From positions 39,798,579 through 39,862,578 of the forward strand of contig NC_057718.1 in NCBI RefSeq assembly GCF_004010195.1: DNA of 64,000 nucleotides, given 5' to 3'. This document shows positions 12,337 through 25,229 of this stretch, piece by piece (position 1 is the stretch's first letter; every line of letters starts with the position of its first letter). The notes below the pieces were generated by a model. It was not told the DNA's origin and ran no database searches. It worked only from the letters and a program-made list of their open reading frames with translations. A program made the position numbers and the translations under genes. The DNA is from Chiloscyllium plagiosum. Taxonomy: Eukaryota.

Positions 12337-13487
12337 AAGAGGTCAGGCAGCATTCCAGGAGCAGGAAAATCGACGTTTTGGGCAAAAGCCCTTCAATGGG
12401 AATGAGGCTGGAAGCCTAGGAGGTGGAGAGGTAAATGGAAGAAGGTGGGGCTGGGGGGAAAAGATGCTTATGGTGCGCCAGGTGGATAAAGGTGAGGGTA
12501 AAGGCGATATATCGGAGGGGAGGGTGGAGCGGATAGGTGGAAGGAAGGTGGACAGGTAGAATAGGTCATGAAGGCAGTGCTGAGCTGTAAGGTTGGAAGT
12601 GGATATGGTGGGGGGGGGGGGGTGCGAAGAGGGGAAATGAGGAAACTAGTGAAATCCACATTGATGCTATGGTGTTGGAGTGTCCGGAGGCAGAAGATCA
12701 GGCATTCTTCCTCCAAGCGTTGGCTGGTAAGGGAGTGGCGATGGAGGCAGCCCAGGACCTGCACGTCCTTGGTGGAGTGGGAGGGGGAGTTGAAGTGCTC
12801 AGCCACGGGGCAATGGGGTTGGCTGGTGTGGGTGTCCCGGAGATGTTCTCTCAAGTGCTCTGCAAGTAGGCATCCTGTCTCCCCACTTCCACACGTCATT
12901 TACCGTAGCCGTTGCTCCTGCTATGGTCTCCTCTACATTGGGGACACAGGATGCCTAGCGCTTCACAAAACATTTCCGGGACACCCACACCAACCAACCC
13001 CTCTGCCTCGTGGCTGAACATTTCAACTCTCCCTCCAACTCTGCCAAGGACATGCAGGTGCTGGGCCTCCTCCATCGCCACTCCCTTACCGCCGACACCT
13101 GGAGCAAGAACGCCTCATCCTCATGGCATCAATGTGGATTTTGCCAGTTTCCTCACTTCCCCTCCCCCAGCTTATCTCAGTTCCAACTTTCCAGTTCAGC
13201 ACCGCCCTCATGACCTGTCCATCTTCCTTCCCACCTATCCGCTCCACCCTGCCCTCTGACCGATCACCTTTACCCCCACATCCACCCACCTATTGCACTC
13301 TCCGCTACCTTCTCCCCAGCCCCACCCCCTCCCATTTATTTCTCCACCCCAGAGGCTACCTGCCTCATTCCTGATGAAGGGCTTTTGCCCGAAACATCGA
13401 TTCCTCGGATGCTGCCTGACCTGCTGTGCTTTTCCAGCACCACACCCTTTACTCAAATCTCCAGCATCTGTAGTCCTCACTTTCCTC
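12337..13487. mobile_element. Penelope-like element (family A), inverted two-arm structure
   Basis: Minus arm about 12340-12885 (GETGCLLAEHLREHLRDTHTSQPHCPVAEHFNSPSHS) and plus arm about 12886-13487 (VIY..RCSCYGLLYIGDTG, GIY-YIG). 12-bp TSD ttattactggac at 12325-12336 and 13488-13499. Confidence 0.9.
13369..13400 (+). ncRNA. Minimal hammerhead motif (family A), helix III CpG-decayed
   Basis: UC CUGAUGA A GGGC uuuu GCCC GAA ACAU C GA. Confidence 0.65.
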
Positions 13488-14819
13488 TTATTACTGGACT
13501 AGTCAGATCCCAGAATGAAATCTAGATTGATAGGTAATATCACTGTTGTTTGTTTTTAACGGGGTGGTCTTTCACTGAAACATGCTGCAGATTTAGTTTT
13601 GAAAATAAAACAGAAGTTTGTCAAAGAAATGAGGATAAACTAGAATAAGCTAAATTATTCACAAATAACACAAGTTTGAAGATTTCAAACTAAAATACAA
13701 TCTTATTATTTCCAACAGCCTCCCTTTATAGTACTCTCATCACAGATAATTCATCTCTATCATCTCGAAAGGGTTTAATTTAACTGTAACTTCAAGTCCC
13801 AGTCTTAAGAATCTATTGTCTGACCCCTGATTTAACATAGTTTTGACTTCCCCAGCTTCAAATAATGTCTTCAGGGTTTCAGCCAAACACATCTGGTCCA
13901 GAATTTTAAAACTAAAACTCTTACAGTGAGATGATCTGTTTCCTAACAGTACCAGTCCATCTCCTTTCATTAGGAGCAGATGTTTTACATGTGCAGCTTC
14001 AACCAAGATTTCTGCAAATCCTGAAACTAAAAAAGCTTTATTTAAGTCATGGATGTTAGGTCAAGCTAAAATAAAGTTCAGAATCTTCTAACAAAAGCTT
14101 GAAACACATCCCTGTTTATTCAGTTTGTTGGTAGAACTCTCCAACAGTAAATAAACCCCATTATTCTCCAGAAAATAATTCTCTAATACTATTCTTTTAA
14201 AACCAATCATTACAGCTACAGAAATGCTGACAAGTTAATCATTGAACCCCTTTATAGACACAGAGCAAACTAACATACCACTATTCAGATTCTGGAATCT
14301 AAAATTATATTAAAATCACATGGTGATTTAAGTTTGATCGAAGGGACTCCATATGGGTATATAAAAGACAGGATGTATTTGATTAATCTGGTCAAATTTT
14401 CAAGGCGACTAGGAGCATATGGGTTTGACTAGCCAATAGACAAGATAATGATTTCATGCTGAATACAGAATTGTTCCCATGTCAGTATCTTTAAGTCCAC
14501 AGTATTTTTCTTGCATTCAAGAAAAAAATCCACATACTTCACAATTTCTTATCTGATATCGTCCACAATTTTTCATAAAGACTTTGTTTGAAAGAAAAAA
14601 TGTTCTACCTAGCTAGATGCATTAAAAACTCCTGCATACTTGAGTCAGAATCAGAATTTGTATGCTCTGTTTACTACCCATAAGCAGTATGTTTTGTATG
14701 AAGCAAGTATCTGTTTTCACACCCTCAGAATATGGGAATCAACTAAATAGTTTGAGCAGCAGGATTTTTTAGCATTTAAAACAAACCAAGAAAGTATGTT
14801 ATTTTTTCTCACTCATTTA

Positions 14820-14940
14820 CCCGATTTAGTTGGCTCAGTTGAATGGATGGTTGGTTTATGATGCAGAGTGATGCCAATAGCATCAGTTCAATTCCCATGC
14901 CTAATGACATCCCCATGTAGGTCCTGAAGAGTCTTCACAA
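14820..14940 (+). mobile_element. tRNA-derived SINE head
   Basis: A box tggctcagttg and B-box-like agttcaattcc; related to 45735-45920. Confidence 0.5.
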
Positions 14941-14959
14941 GGCGTACATGGAAAAGCTG

Positions 14960-15270
14960 CTTTCTTTAGTGGGCACATAGACAACTTGGGGAAGGGGGGG
15001 GCGGCGGTTGTGGGCACTGTTCTAAAATTAGGGCTTGCCCTTTTAGAACTTCGATGAGGAGAATTTTCCCTCAACTTTGGAACACACTGTCTCAGAAATG
15101 GTGGTGGCGGGGTCACTGAATAGTTTTAAGGTGGAGTAGGTAGATTGTTGTTAGACAAGGGATTCAAAGGAATTATCAGGGATAGATGGGAATGTGGAAT
15201 TTGGAATCCAGGATCTCACTGAATGGCAGAACAGTTCTGAAGGGCTTATTTTTGTTCCTTATTTCTGTGT
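14960..15270 (+). mobile_element. Old CR1 3' end
   Basis: Decayed CR1 3' motifs (aggagaattttc...tggaa; gaatggcagaacagttctgaagggc). Confidence 0.55.
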
Positions 15271-15964
15271 TTGCATGCGAATGGTATTGGTAAAGAGTGC
15301 TGAGGAAGATCTTAGCTATTATTCAACAATGTTCAACGCTGTGCAATTAGAAGGCATAGGTTGCAATATGAAGCTCAAAGATGGGAAGACTTGTATAAAA
15401 TTCAAGTTAAATCATCATAGTATCTGACACAACTTGCTCTAGAAACAAGTGTGTGGATTTCATTTTCGACCAGAAAGCCACGACACCCAAAAAATAACAA
15501 TGGCTACATATCCAAACTTTGCACTGATACAATTTAACAAATTATTTATAGCACTGGACAAAACTTATGTCTGAATGGAGGGAATCTGCTATATAGCAGA
15601 ACCTAGAATTTAGGAAGATTAGAGTTGCCATTACCATTTCAGTTATACTAGGTCGTTGCCAACACAGCATACCAGCCACTGTTTTGCAAGAATAAAAATA
15701 AAAATAATTGATAGGTTGGGGAGGACCATGCCCTTAAGTTATCCAAATGTGAGAGATTAAGCAGTTCTTTCCACTGCATTCCTTCTTCTGTCCTGACACT
15801 GATGAACCCAGGGAGTATGATGCCAGCTTCTGTGGTGGTACTGATTTTCTGTACAACTTCAAAAGGAAGCTGGGATCATTTTGTGGCTAGTACAGAGAAG
15901 TGTTTCAACATTTAACACAGAGTGACCGCCTGGGAACTGGGACTGTTTTAATTATCCAAGGGAT

Positions 15965-16756
15965 ATAATTTAGATAAATGTGAGGTGCTGCATTTTGGAA
16001 AGGCAGATCAGGGCAGGACTTATACATTTAATGGTATAGGTCCTGGGGAGTGCCCCTGAACAAAGAGACTTTGGAGTGCAGGTTTATAATTCCTTGAAAG
16101 TGGAGTCACCGGAAGATACGATAGTGAAGAAGGCATTTAGTACGTTTTCCTTTACTGGTCACAGCATCAAGTATAGGAGTTCAGAGGTCATGTTGCGGGT
16201 GTACAGGAAATTTGTTAGGCTACTTTTGAAATACTGTGTACAATTCTGGTCTCTTTTCTATCAGAAGGATGTTGATAAGATAAGGCTCAAAACAGATTCA
16301 CAAGGATTTTTCCAGGGTTGGAGAGTTTGAGCTATAAAGAGAGGCTGAATAGGCTGGGGATGATTTCCCTGGAGCATCGGAGGCTGAGGGGTTTTAGAGG
16401 TTTATAAAACCATGAGGAGCATGGACAGGCTAAATAGACAAGATCTTTTCCCTGGATTGGAGGAGTCCAGAACTAGAGGGCAAACGTTTAGGGTAAAAGG
16501 GGAAAGATATAAAAAGGGACCGAAGGGGCAACTATTTCACACAGTGTGGTAGGTGTTTGGAATGAGTTGCCAGAAGACGTGGTGGAGGCTGGTGCAATTA
16601 CAACATTTAAAAGGCATCTGGATGGGTATATGAATAGGAAGGATTTAGAAGAGATATGAGCCAAGTGCTGGCAAATTGGACAAGATTAGTTTAAGATATC
16701 TGGTCTGCACGGATGAGTTGGACCAAAGTTTTTGTTTCCGTACATCTCTATGACTG
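15965..16756 (+). mobile_element. HER1-like CR1 3' fragment
   Basis: DKCEVLHFGK; ORF 16076-16330; tail tctctatgact. Confidence 0.92.
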
Positions 16757-18271
16757 TAAATAGATTTTCCAACTTTGCCCATGCTTTTCCCCACTGAGGC
16801 ATTTGGCCTTCCCGAGGAATCCCCAGGCCACTGTGTGGATAGGTTGTGTCTTGTCATGGTTGTCCAAGCATCAATTAATACTAGACAGGAAAAAAAACAA
16901 GGTGGTATATCCATTTTGAATGTTCGTACAACGGGGGAACCAATTATTTTCTTGACTTTTATGCGATGGGAATCTTCCCACAGAATGCAAACGAACCTGT
17001 CACTGCTTTTGAATTCTTATGACTGATACAATTAGAATTACTGTCATATTTATGGCACTGTAAATATATTGAATAGTTTAAAAAATCCTAAGACTTCAAC
17101 CTGTAAAAAAATTATTTCTAATAGAATGCTCGATCATAATTAATCGTGAAACCACTGTGTATTACAGATACTTTAACATAGTTTTTTGACAAATATTTCA
17201 CATTGATTTGTGACCATCTGTGCAATGTGACACTGCACCCCACTAATCCCCTTTGTTTCTTGTCCAATATACAAAACCAATATACCGCTTATCTCACACG
17301 GATGACTGCAGGTCATATAATTTAAAAAGAAAACTTGCATTTATATAGTGCACTGGTACAGCAAGACACTGGGTGCATTTAAAAGGCCATCAGATTATTT
17401 GCTCCTTCTACTGTGGCCTATCAGAACCAATATACTTCAAATGCTTGATGACATTACGGCATTATTTCCACTGTAGCCTCTTGCACAATTTCTTTTCCTC
17501 TTGAATCAACCTAGATTCATGGATGGTTTCGCAAAACAAAATCCCTTTCACACCTAAAATAACTGGCAGTTTCAAAAAGGCAACCAGCTCAATGAAGCAG
17601 GGAAGGCACACACCAACAGATGCTCTACAAGTTAGTTTGCTGAAAATTCAACACGCCAATTGCAGTAGAATTGCCTCTGTACCTGGATACTGTAGTACTT
17701 AAGTGACACTTAAGAAAACAATATCCAAAACTGTTCAATTACCCAGAATTGCCAATTCTTTACACGTCAAGATAAAATACAAATTTGGAAACATTTGCTG
17801 ATAAATGAGTAACTATGTTCATATATTTACATTTACTACAAAATGTGTTCCAGCAAAATTCATTTTGTAAATGTTCACAGCCTTGGAATGCACAAAACAT
17901 GATTTGCATTATTGCTTCCTGGTCAGTACTTAATGAGTCAGGCTGGTGAGCAGCTTTGTGTACTGGCATTCCAGTTCATTGAGTGGTAAAAAATACATTT
18001 ATGGCCAAGGTTGCACAGAATCAGGTGAATAGTAGTGGCCGGAGACTCACTGACTAATACAGGTGGGTCATAAACAATGTATTTAGTTTTGTCCATGCCG
18101 TTTCAAAGAGCAAACCCCATAACTGACACATTCAGATTTGCTGCATTTGGAACAGTCCGCCCAAATTAACAATGATCTCTCAATTGCAGTAATTGCCTCT
18201 GGAAATCACATCTTTCTGTCGCACAGTGACAGACCAATGTTGACATTGCGATGATGCTGCTCTTGCAACAA

Positions 18272-18574
18272 GGTTATGCTGTCCTTGGCTTTCTTTTTTC
18301 CCCCAAAGGGGTTGTAAAAGATTCTGAAAAGTCGAGGTTTGAAGGGTTTTAGGGCCATTTTGATTATAGCTAACAGATGCTGCCTCAGGAAAAAAGGCTT
18401 TCAAGATTTAAAAAAATTATACAATGAAAGCTGAGTGGCCAGTTCTCCCAGCTCAGCTTTTCTCTGGTTTGGTTTGGTTTTAGCAGTCTGGCTGTTCACT
18501 GAAAGCAGTCAGTTTTGATGCTGCTGGCCCAAGAGCGAACTACATGGAAGGAGGTGTTCCATGCTGGATCTCTC

Positions 18575-18605
<31 letters not shown>

Positions 18606-18916
18606 CCCTGCAAGACCCTGTCTTTTGTTTTATCTTTTTTGCCAAGAGGATTGTTGCAGGATTTAGGAATATCAACATTCAGTTGTGGCAGTTGGTTGGA
18701 TTTTCAGACAGGTTAAGTTATTCTATATTCTGTTCTCTTCTGTTTGCGTTTCATTCGGTAATCTTGTAAATAAATTCTGTATTGTTTAAAACTAATTGGT
18801 TTGGCCAGCTGCATCATTCTTGGAATATCCACTTTATACATGCTTAAAACTACCAAAGTTAGGGTCTAGGCTAGTTTCTTGAAATGTTTTAAGGGGGTCT
18901 GGCCTGGTCTATAACA
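18272..18916 (+). mobile_element. Probable solo LTR (~645 bp) containing (CT)n at 18580-18604
   Basis: Ends ...ggcctggtctataaca; internal aataaa; shares blocks with 56819-57467 (acaatgaaag..gagtgg.cag; aataaattc; ggcct.gtc.at.aca). Confidence 0.55.
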
Positions 18917-18964
18917 ACATGCATAACCTAAACGCCAGACAAAAAGGTCAAATAATAGAACAAG

Positions 18965-19087
18965 GAGAAAGTGAGGGCTGCAGATGCTGGAGATCAGAGC
19001 TGAAAAGGGCTTATGCCTGAAACGTCAATTCTCCTGTTCCTTGGATGCTGCCTGACCTGCTGCGCTTTTCCAGCAACACATTTTCAG
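18965..19087. mobile_element. 123-bp non-coding derivative of the PLE family A terminal repeat
   Basis: Two oppositely oriented terminal pieces with half a hammerhead (agggcttatgcctgaaacgtc); 16-bp TSD caaataatagaacaag at 18949-18964 and 19088-19103. Confidence 0.8.
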
Positions 19088-19319
19088 CAAATAATAGAAC
19101 AAGCAATGCACCACCTACTGAATCAGGTAATTGCTAAAATACCTAAATACCAGTACCTAAATAGGATTGAACTGAATCTAGAAAGTACGTGTGTGTCACT
19201 GTGTGGGAGAGCGGGGGTGGGGGTGTGCACAGTTACAAAATATTTATCATTTCATGTGATATGATCATTTTTAATGTGCACTTGTGATATGCAATCCAGT
19301 AACTTATTGACATTGTAAC

Positions 19320-20795
19320 ATTCACATGATATCAAGAAACAGCCAGAGGCATTGGAAACCGCAAATGCTATGGGTCCTGACAATATTTTGGCAATTGTAC
19401 TGAAGATGTGTGCTCCAGAACAGGTCGTTCCCTTAGCCAAGTTCTTCCAGTATAATTACAACTCTGGCATCTACCGTCAATGTGGAAAGCTACCAGGTAT
19501 GTCCTATACACAAGGCATAATGAACCCAACTGGATCAACTATCACTCTCTCAGTCTAATCTCCATCATCAGTAAAGTGATGGAAGGTGCCTTCAACAGTG
19601 CTACCAAGCAGCATCTGCTCAACAGTAACCTGCTCAGTGACATCCAGTTAGGGTTCTGCTAGGGCCACTCCGTGACTGACTTCATTAGAGTCTTGGTCTG
19701 AACATGAGCAAAAGGATTGAATTCTAAAGGTGAGGCCAGAGTGGTGCTTCTTGACATCAAGATCGCATCTAGAAAAAAAACTGGAGCCAATGGGAATCGG
19801 GACAAAACTCTTTGCTGGTTGGAGTTGTACCCAGCACAAAGGAAGGCAGTTGTTGGAGATCAGTCACTGAGCTCCAGGACATCTTTGCAAAGATCCTCAG
19901 GATAGCATCCCATGCCCCCTCACACCTTAAAGGGAATCACCAATGACCTGCCCTCTATCATAAGGTCAAAAGTGGGGATATTTAATAATGATTGCACAAT
20001 GTTCAGCACCATTCACCACTCCTCAGAAAATGAAGCAGTCCATGTCCACACAGCATGACTTGGGACAATATCCAAAAAATGCCAAGTAATGTCCATGTCA
20101 CACAAATGCCAGGCAACGATAATCTCCGATAAGAGACAGTCACTCTAATCACTGCCCCTTGATATTCAATGGCATTGCTATCTCTGAATTCCCCACTATC
20201 ACTGAGGATTACCAGTGACTTGCCATATAAATACAGTGTTGACAAGAGCAGGTCCAGTGGCGAGGAATACTGCAGAGCCACATACCTCCTGACTCCCCAA
20301 AGTCTGTTTACCATCTACAAGGCACAAGTCAGGATGGAATACTCTTTCTTGCTGATGAGTGCAGCTCCAACAACACTTCTGAAACTTGACATGATTCAGG
20401 ACACAGCAGCCCACTGGATTGACACCATTTCTACTAAATTTCAGTCACTCCACCACTTATGCACAGTAGGAACAGTACGTAAAATATTTAAGATAGACTG
20501 CAGAGTTCACCAAAGATCATTAGTCAGTACGTTGTATTACCATTTGAACAGACAAGGGTAGTTGATATATTCCTGTCCAAGCCACTCACCATTCTCACTT
20601 GGATATATAACTACCATTCCTTCACTGTCACTGGGTCAAAATCCTGGAATTCCCTCCCTGATGGAATTGTAGGTCAACCTACAGCACACAGACTGCAGCA
20701 GTTCAAGAAGGCAGCCCACTACCACCTTAAGGGCAACCAGGGATGGACAATAAATCCTCACCAAGCCAGAAGCACCCACTTCCACAAGTGAAAAA
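19320..20795 (+). mobile_element. Decayed CR1/L2-group LINE (family 2), RT to 3' tail
   Basis: AMGPDNILAIVLKMCAPE; SLISIISKVMEG; YLLTPQSLFTIYKAQVR. Confidence 0.85.
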
Positions 20796-20799
20796 CCTT

Positions 20800-21822
20800 T
20801 AGCAACAGGATTGATGCTTGGAAAGTTTGGTCTTGCCTAGTAATAAGGGTAGGACTCTCTAGACACAGTTGATTGGTTACCTGATCAACATGTGGGCCAA
20901 TGGATAGCAATTGTTAAAGAGTCAGTCAGTTTCCATGAAGGTGTGTTAGGAGCAGGGCGAGAGAGATTCACAAAGTTAAGATGCTATGTGAGAAGGCTCC
21001 ATGCTGTTGGACAGTTAGGGGTCTGAAACCTGAGTGCACTTAACAGTTCAGTAGAGCTGAAGTGATGTAGTTTTGTAGTGACAATGGTGGTTCAGTGCAG
21101 CTGAGAGGGGTGGTGAAGGAAGCCCACAAGCAGTATTATTTGGTACAATTCTGGAAATGGGAGTTCTGAGCAAACTACGGATGTTGCCAGCCTATTCACG
21201 CAGAATCATTCATCTGTTCCCTGTTGCCGGGCTGCTACCATGTTAATGTAGTGAGATGCACTCTCAGGAGGAGAGATTGAGCAGGTAGATGTGAGCAGCC
21301 AATGGGGTATTTTATGTTTTAGAAACCTGACAATCAAAGAGACTTGCAGCCAAAGAAGGAGGAGGAATTCACGTCATTAGGTATTGTTGAAGAGTACTAA
21401 TGATACATATTTGAAAATGCAGATTGGAAGTCTTGTCAAGTGGGAAAGATTTTAATGAGATTGATAATTCAGCATCAATAATGTTTGGTGGGTTGCTGAT
21501 AAATCCATGGGGTCCATCTTGACCACATCTGCCACATGATGTGCTCTGTGGGGTGTTTGACTGAAGTTTGTCTTTAGCTTACATTCACATCATGTTAATT
21601 GTAGATGTTAGAATATGTATTGTATACAAATATAGTGAATTGTTTTAGTTTTGTGATCTTGTATCGTAAAGCTGACTTTTCTTGTTTAAAAACATGAAAT
21701 TGAGGTTCTCTTTTCTTATTAAGTACCTTGGATTTCAAATTTCATGTAATTTAAAACAACAAAAGCTCTTGGCCCCTAACCAAATTTTAACATAATTTGG
21801 AAGTTGCATCAGGAAATGTAAC
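20800..21822 (+). mobile_element. Possible old LTR-like repeat
   Basis: Purine-rich body, T-rich distal part, ends ...aatgtaaca; no TSD confirmed. Confidence 0.25.
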
Positions 21823-22319
21823 ACTTAGTAGACTTTACAGATACTAAATGGTATATAGACAATACAGATCCAAGTTCAATGGATTCAGATTTCCTGTCAG
21901 AACCAAATCCAATGGAGCACCATCACGTAAATTAATAAATCTGTCGAGAAGCTTCTGAATTCAAATTGTTCAAACATCCATAATTAAAGGCGCAACTGTG
22001 TGATCCATGGACTTGCATATTTGGCTGGTGAGTATTTGTAATTTAAATTGCACAGAATAAACAATGCCATTGATTTTACATTCACAAATCAACTTAAGTG
22101 GCCAAGACAGTAAAACATTTATCTTTTGAGGTTGTTACAGCAAGATTGCTTCCATTTTAATATTAATGATTGCAGGACCATGGGATAAAAAGCATAATTT
22201 TCCCTATTTCTGAGGGAAAGAATGGCACATAATGTTTAGGAGGATAAAACTTGATATCGAAATTGAGGATTTGACATGAAGTTGGAGGTGATAATCAATG
22301 ATCTCCAAAGGTTCTACCT

Positions 22320-22680
22320 TTCTTTTGTTTATTCATTCACAGGAAGAGGGGATCACTGGCTAGGCAGCATTTATTACCCATCCCCAATTATCCAGAGGAC
22401 AGTTCAAAGTCAACCACACTGCTGTGGGTCTGGAATCACATGTAGATCAGACCAGATAAGGATGGCAGTTTCTTTCCCTAAAGGACATTAGAGAACTAGA
22501 TGGGTTTCCCCAACAATCGACAATGGATTCATGGTCACCATTAGATTCTTAATTCCAGGCTTTTTTTTTAAATTGAATTCAAATTTCCTGCTCTGACAGG
22601 TTTTGAATCCAGGTCCCCAGAATATTATCTGGGTTTCTGGATTAACAGTCCAGCGATAATACCACTATACCATCACCTTC
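22320..22680 (-). mobile_element. tRNA-derived SINE with family-2 LINE tail
   Basis: Minus strand has a B-box-like ggattcaaaacc, body atgtgattccagaccc and tail gggatgggtaataaatgctg; homologous to 39410-39960. Confidence 0.7.
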
Positions 22681-23409
22681 CATTGTTTATTAATGGAATT
22701 TCTCTGGTACATATCTCTGGTATCAAATTTGAAGTAAATATTATCCACTCCCCAATTCATTATTTCCTGAGTGGAGAATATGTGATACACTTATTTATCA
22801 TATATAATATGAATGATTACTAACAGGAGGTTACTTTCATGAATTCAGACTGCCATATATTTGCATTCTCTAAGTGGAACGAGGGCTTTGTTTTTATGGG
22901 ACTTGGCTCAGTGTTCTAATCTTACTTCTATGTCACCAGGCCACAATAATAACATGATCAAGACTGAATCTTTTAAATTTCTGAAGATGGGAGAAGTTAA
23001 CATAAGTTAACAAAAGAAAGACTTGCATTTATCTAGCAAGGATAGATCTAGCAAAATCCAAGGACATTGCAAAATATTTTACAATGAATGAAGTGCCTTT
23101 GTAGTGTAGTCACTACTGTGAGAAAGAACATACAAGGTGTAGTTTGGGTCAGATTGGTTCCACAGTAATCTGAAACATGTACAGTAACCAATGTGATCAG
23201 AGCCTAGAGTTCAAAACAAAGGCCATCCACAACAATCCCATTTGAGTGGGTTGACTTGCTTAATTTCTGCCTTATATTCCAGGAACAAAACCACTTTCCC
23301 TCTGCTGCTTTCTACAGCTGGGCACTGTGTGCAGCTCCATGGAAAAGAGAGAAGTTGTCTCGTTTTTTGACTATATCAGTTGTATATATCAGAATTGACA
23401 AACAAAATC

Positions 23410-23900
23410 TACTCTACACAGCAGCTCCGACACCATCTGTGGAGAACATGATTTGAAAGAACTGAAACCAACATGCGCATTCTAAAAGATGAGAGACAGT
23501 AAACAATCCAGGTAGTTTTCGATACATAATTTCAGTTACATCACACTGTAAACTGTTGCTATAAATTCTGTGTCTTAACAATCTTATACTCCACAACCAC
23601 CTGATGAAGGAGCAGCACTCCGAAAGCCAGTGCTTCCAAATGAACCTGTTGGACTATAACTTGTGATGTTTAAATCTGTGGAGAAAGAGTTAATATTTCA
23701 GGTCTGTGACCTTTTATCTAGAAAACTAGAAATGCAGTAGGTTTTGTGTAGGTTAAAATGATAGGGCGAGGACAAGGGAAAAAAGGGAACATCAATGATA
23801 GGATGGAGGACAGAAGAGATTATGGTGCAAGATCAAAGGGAATGGCAATGGGGCACGTAAGGAAACCAGAGAAGCGTGCAGACGTTGTGTGAATTGCAGG
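23410..23900 (-). mobile_element. Old PLE family D terminal fragment hosting a family B insertion
   Basis: atctgtggaga..gagttaatatttcaggtctgtgacctt resembles 33150-33227 joined to 34761-34790; degenerate hammerhead at about 23688-23727. Confidence 0.5.
23447..23673 (+). mobile_element. Short PLE family B terminal repeat with hammerhead motif (23598-23632)
   Basis: Homologous to 6310-6545; CAC CUGAUGA A GGAG..CUCC GAA AGCC A GUG; 12-bp TSD atctgtggagaa at 23435-23446 and 23674-23685. Confidence 0.8.
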
Positions 23901-24489
23901 AACCTGAAAAACTGTCTTGAAATCCTGAAAAACGTAACACAGACTTTCCCTTTTACTTTTTGCTAAATACAACTATATTAGTTACTTTTTCAATTTCCAA
24001 TAAAAGATCACAAATCATATTTGTTAACTTGGTTTCTCTGTCCACAGTTTGTGTCCAACCCATTAAACATTTTCAGCTTTCACAATACTTGGCTTTGGTG
24101 CATGAAAGACAGTTTTTGTTTGGTCATGTGCTCACTTTATTCGACTGTTCATTCAATGGATGCTTTTTCCTCACGAAACAGTCCACCAAACTGTTTATCA
24201 CTTGCTCTCTGGGGAAGTGCACAAGGAGTATCCGATTACCATATGAACCACTTTGCATCTGATTTTGGATTCACAGTGCAATATTGGATTTCCTAAGGAA
24301 AAAAAGGGTCCTGAAATGTGACAAATGATAAGATTGCTGCAAATACCTGTTACATTAAAACAAAACTGCACAATGAGGTGCCATTTTTGTTGAATCTCAT
24401 CAGATCCCAAAAAAATGGATGGATCATAAACTTAGGTAATAAAGAAAACCTTGGACTAGTCACAAAAAGTAAATTTTGTAACAAAAATA

Positions 24490-24745
24490 TAGAACTGTAA
24501 AGAAAGACTGGATTCGCGTGTCTATATTCACTGGAGCTTTGAAGAATGAAGGATGATCTCCTGGAAGCCTGTAAACTTCTAATACGATTTCATGTTTTCA
24601 ACAAGGAAATAGATATAGTCCTAGGGATCAAAGGTATGTGAGAACAGGGTACTGACTTGGATGCTGAGCGTGATTGTATTAAATGGCGGAAGAGGATCAG
24701 AGGGCTGAATGGCCTACGTCTGCTCCTGTTTTCCATGTTTCTACA
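24490..24745 (+). mobile_element. Old CR1 3' end
   Basis: YSLEL.RMKDDLLEA.K; tail agggctgaatggcctac..ctgctcct. Confidence 0.65.
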
Positions 24746-25229
24746 TTCATGTGCTTTAAAAGTTTCTATATATATTTTCTACCAATACTGTTACTGTCTT
24801 CTATTGCAACCAGTTTAACTGCTGTCCTGAAACAATTTGCTGATTTAAATTTTTACTGTTAGAAGTATTTCTTTTATAGTTTATTGCTTTATTCTAATTA
24901 GATTATCACATAAAATTTTGGAAACATGCAAGATTTAAGAAACTATTTTTACTCTTTAATTCACTGTATTTAGCATCTACTTCACTTGCCTTTAATAATA
25001 CTTGGTTTGTATTATCCTTGAAAAGCAAACATCACATCACTTTTTCACTGTGGAAATTTCAAAATCATAATTATTCACAAAAATACACTCCCTGACTTCA
25101 AGAATCAGAATTATACAGCGGTTATGTGGGCTGCAAGCCGTGACCAATGAAATAATGCCAACACAGCTGATTCTGGTGTTTCCCAACAGTCCTCAGTGGA
25201 CTCCAGGCTGCAGTGCAACAGTCCTGAAA

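Larger units (their letters stand above)
12306..14350. mobile_element. Possible old LTR-like repeat hosting the PLE at 12337-13487
   Basis: Begins tgttatga; the sequence continues across the PLE TSD; right boundary uncertain. Confidence 0.3.
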
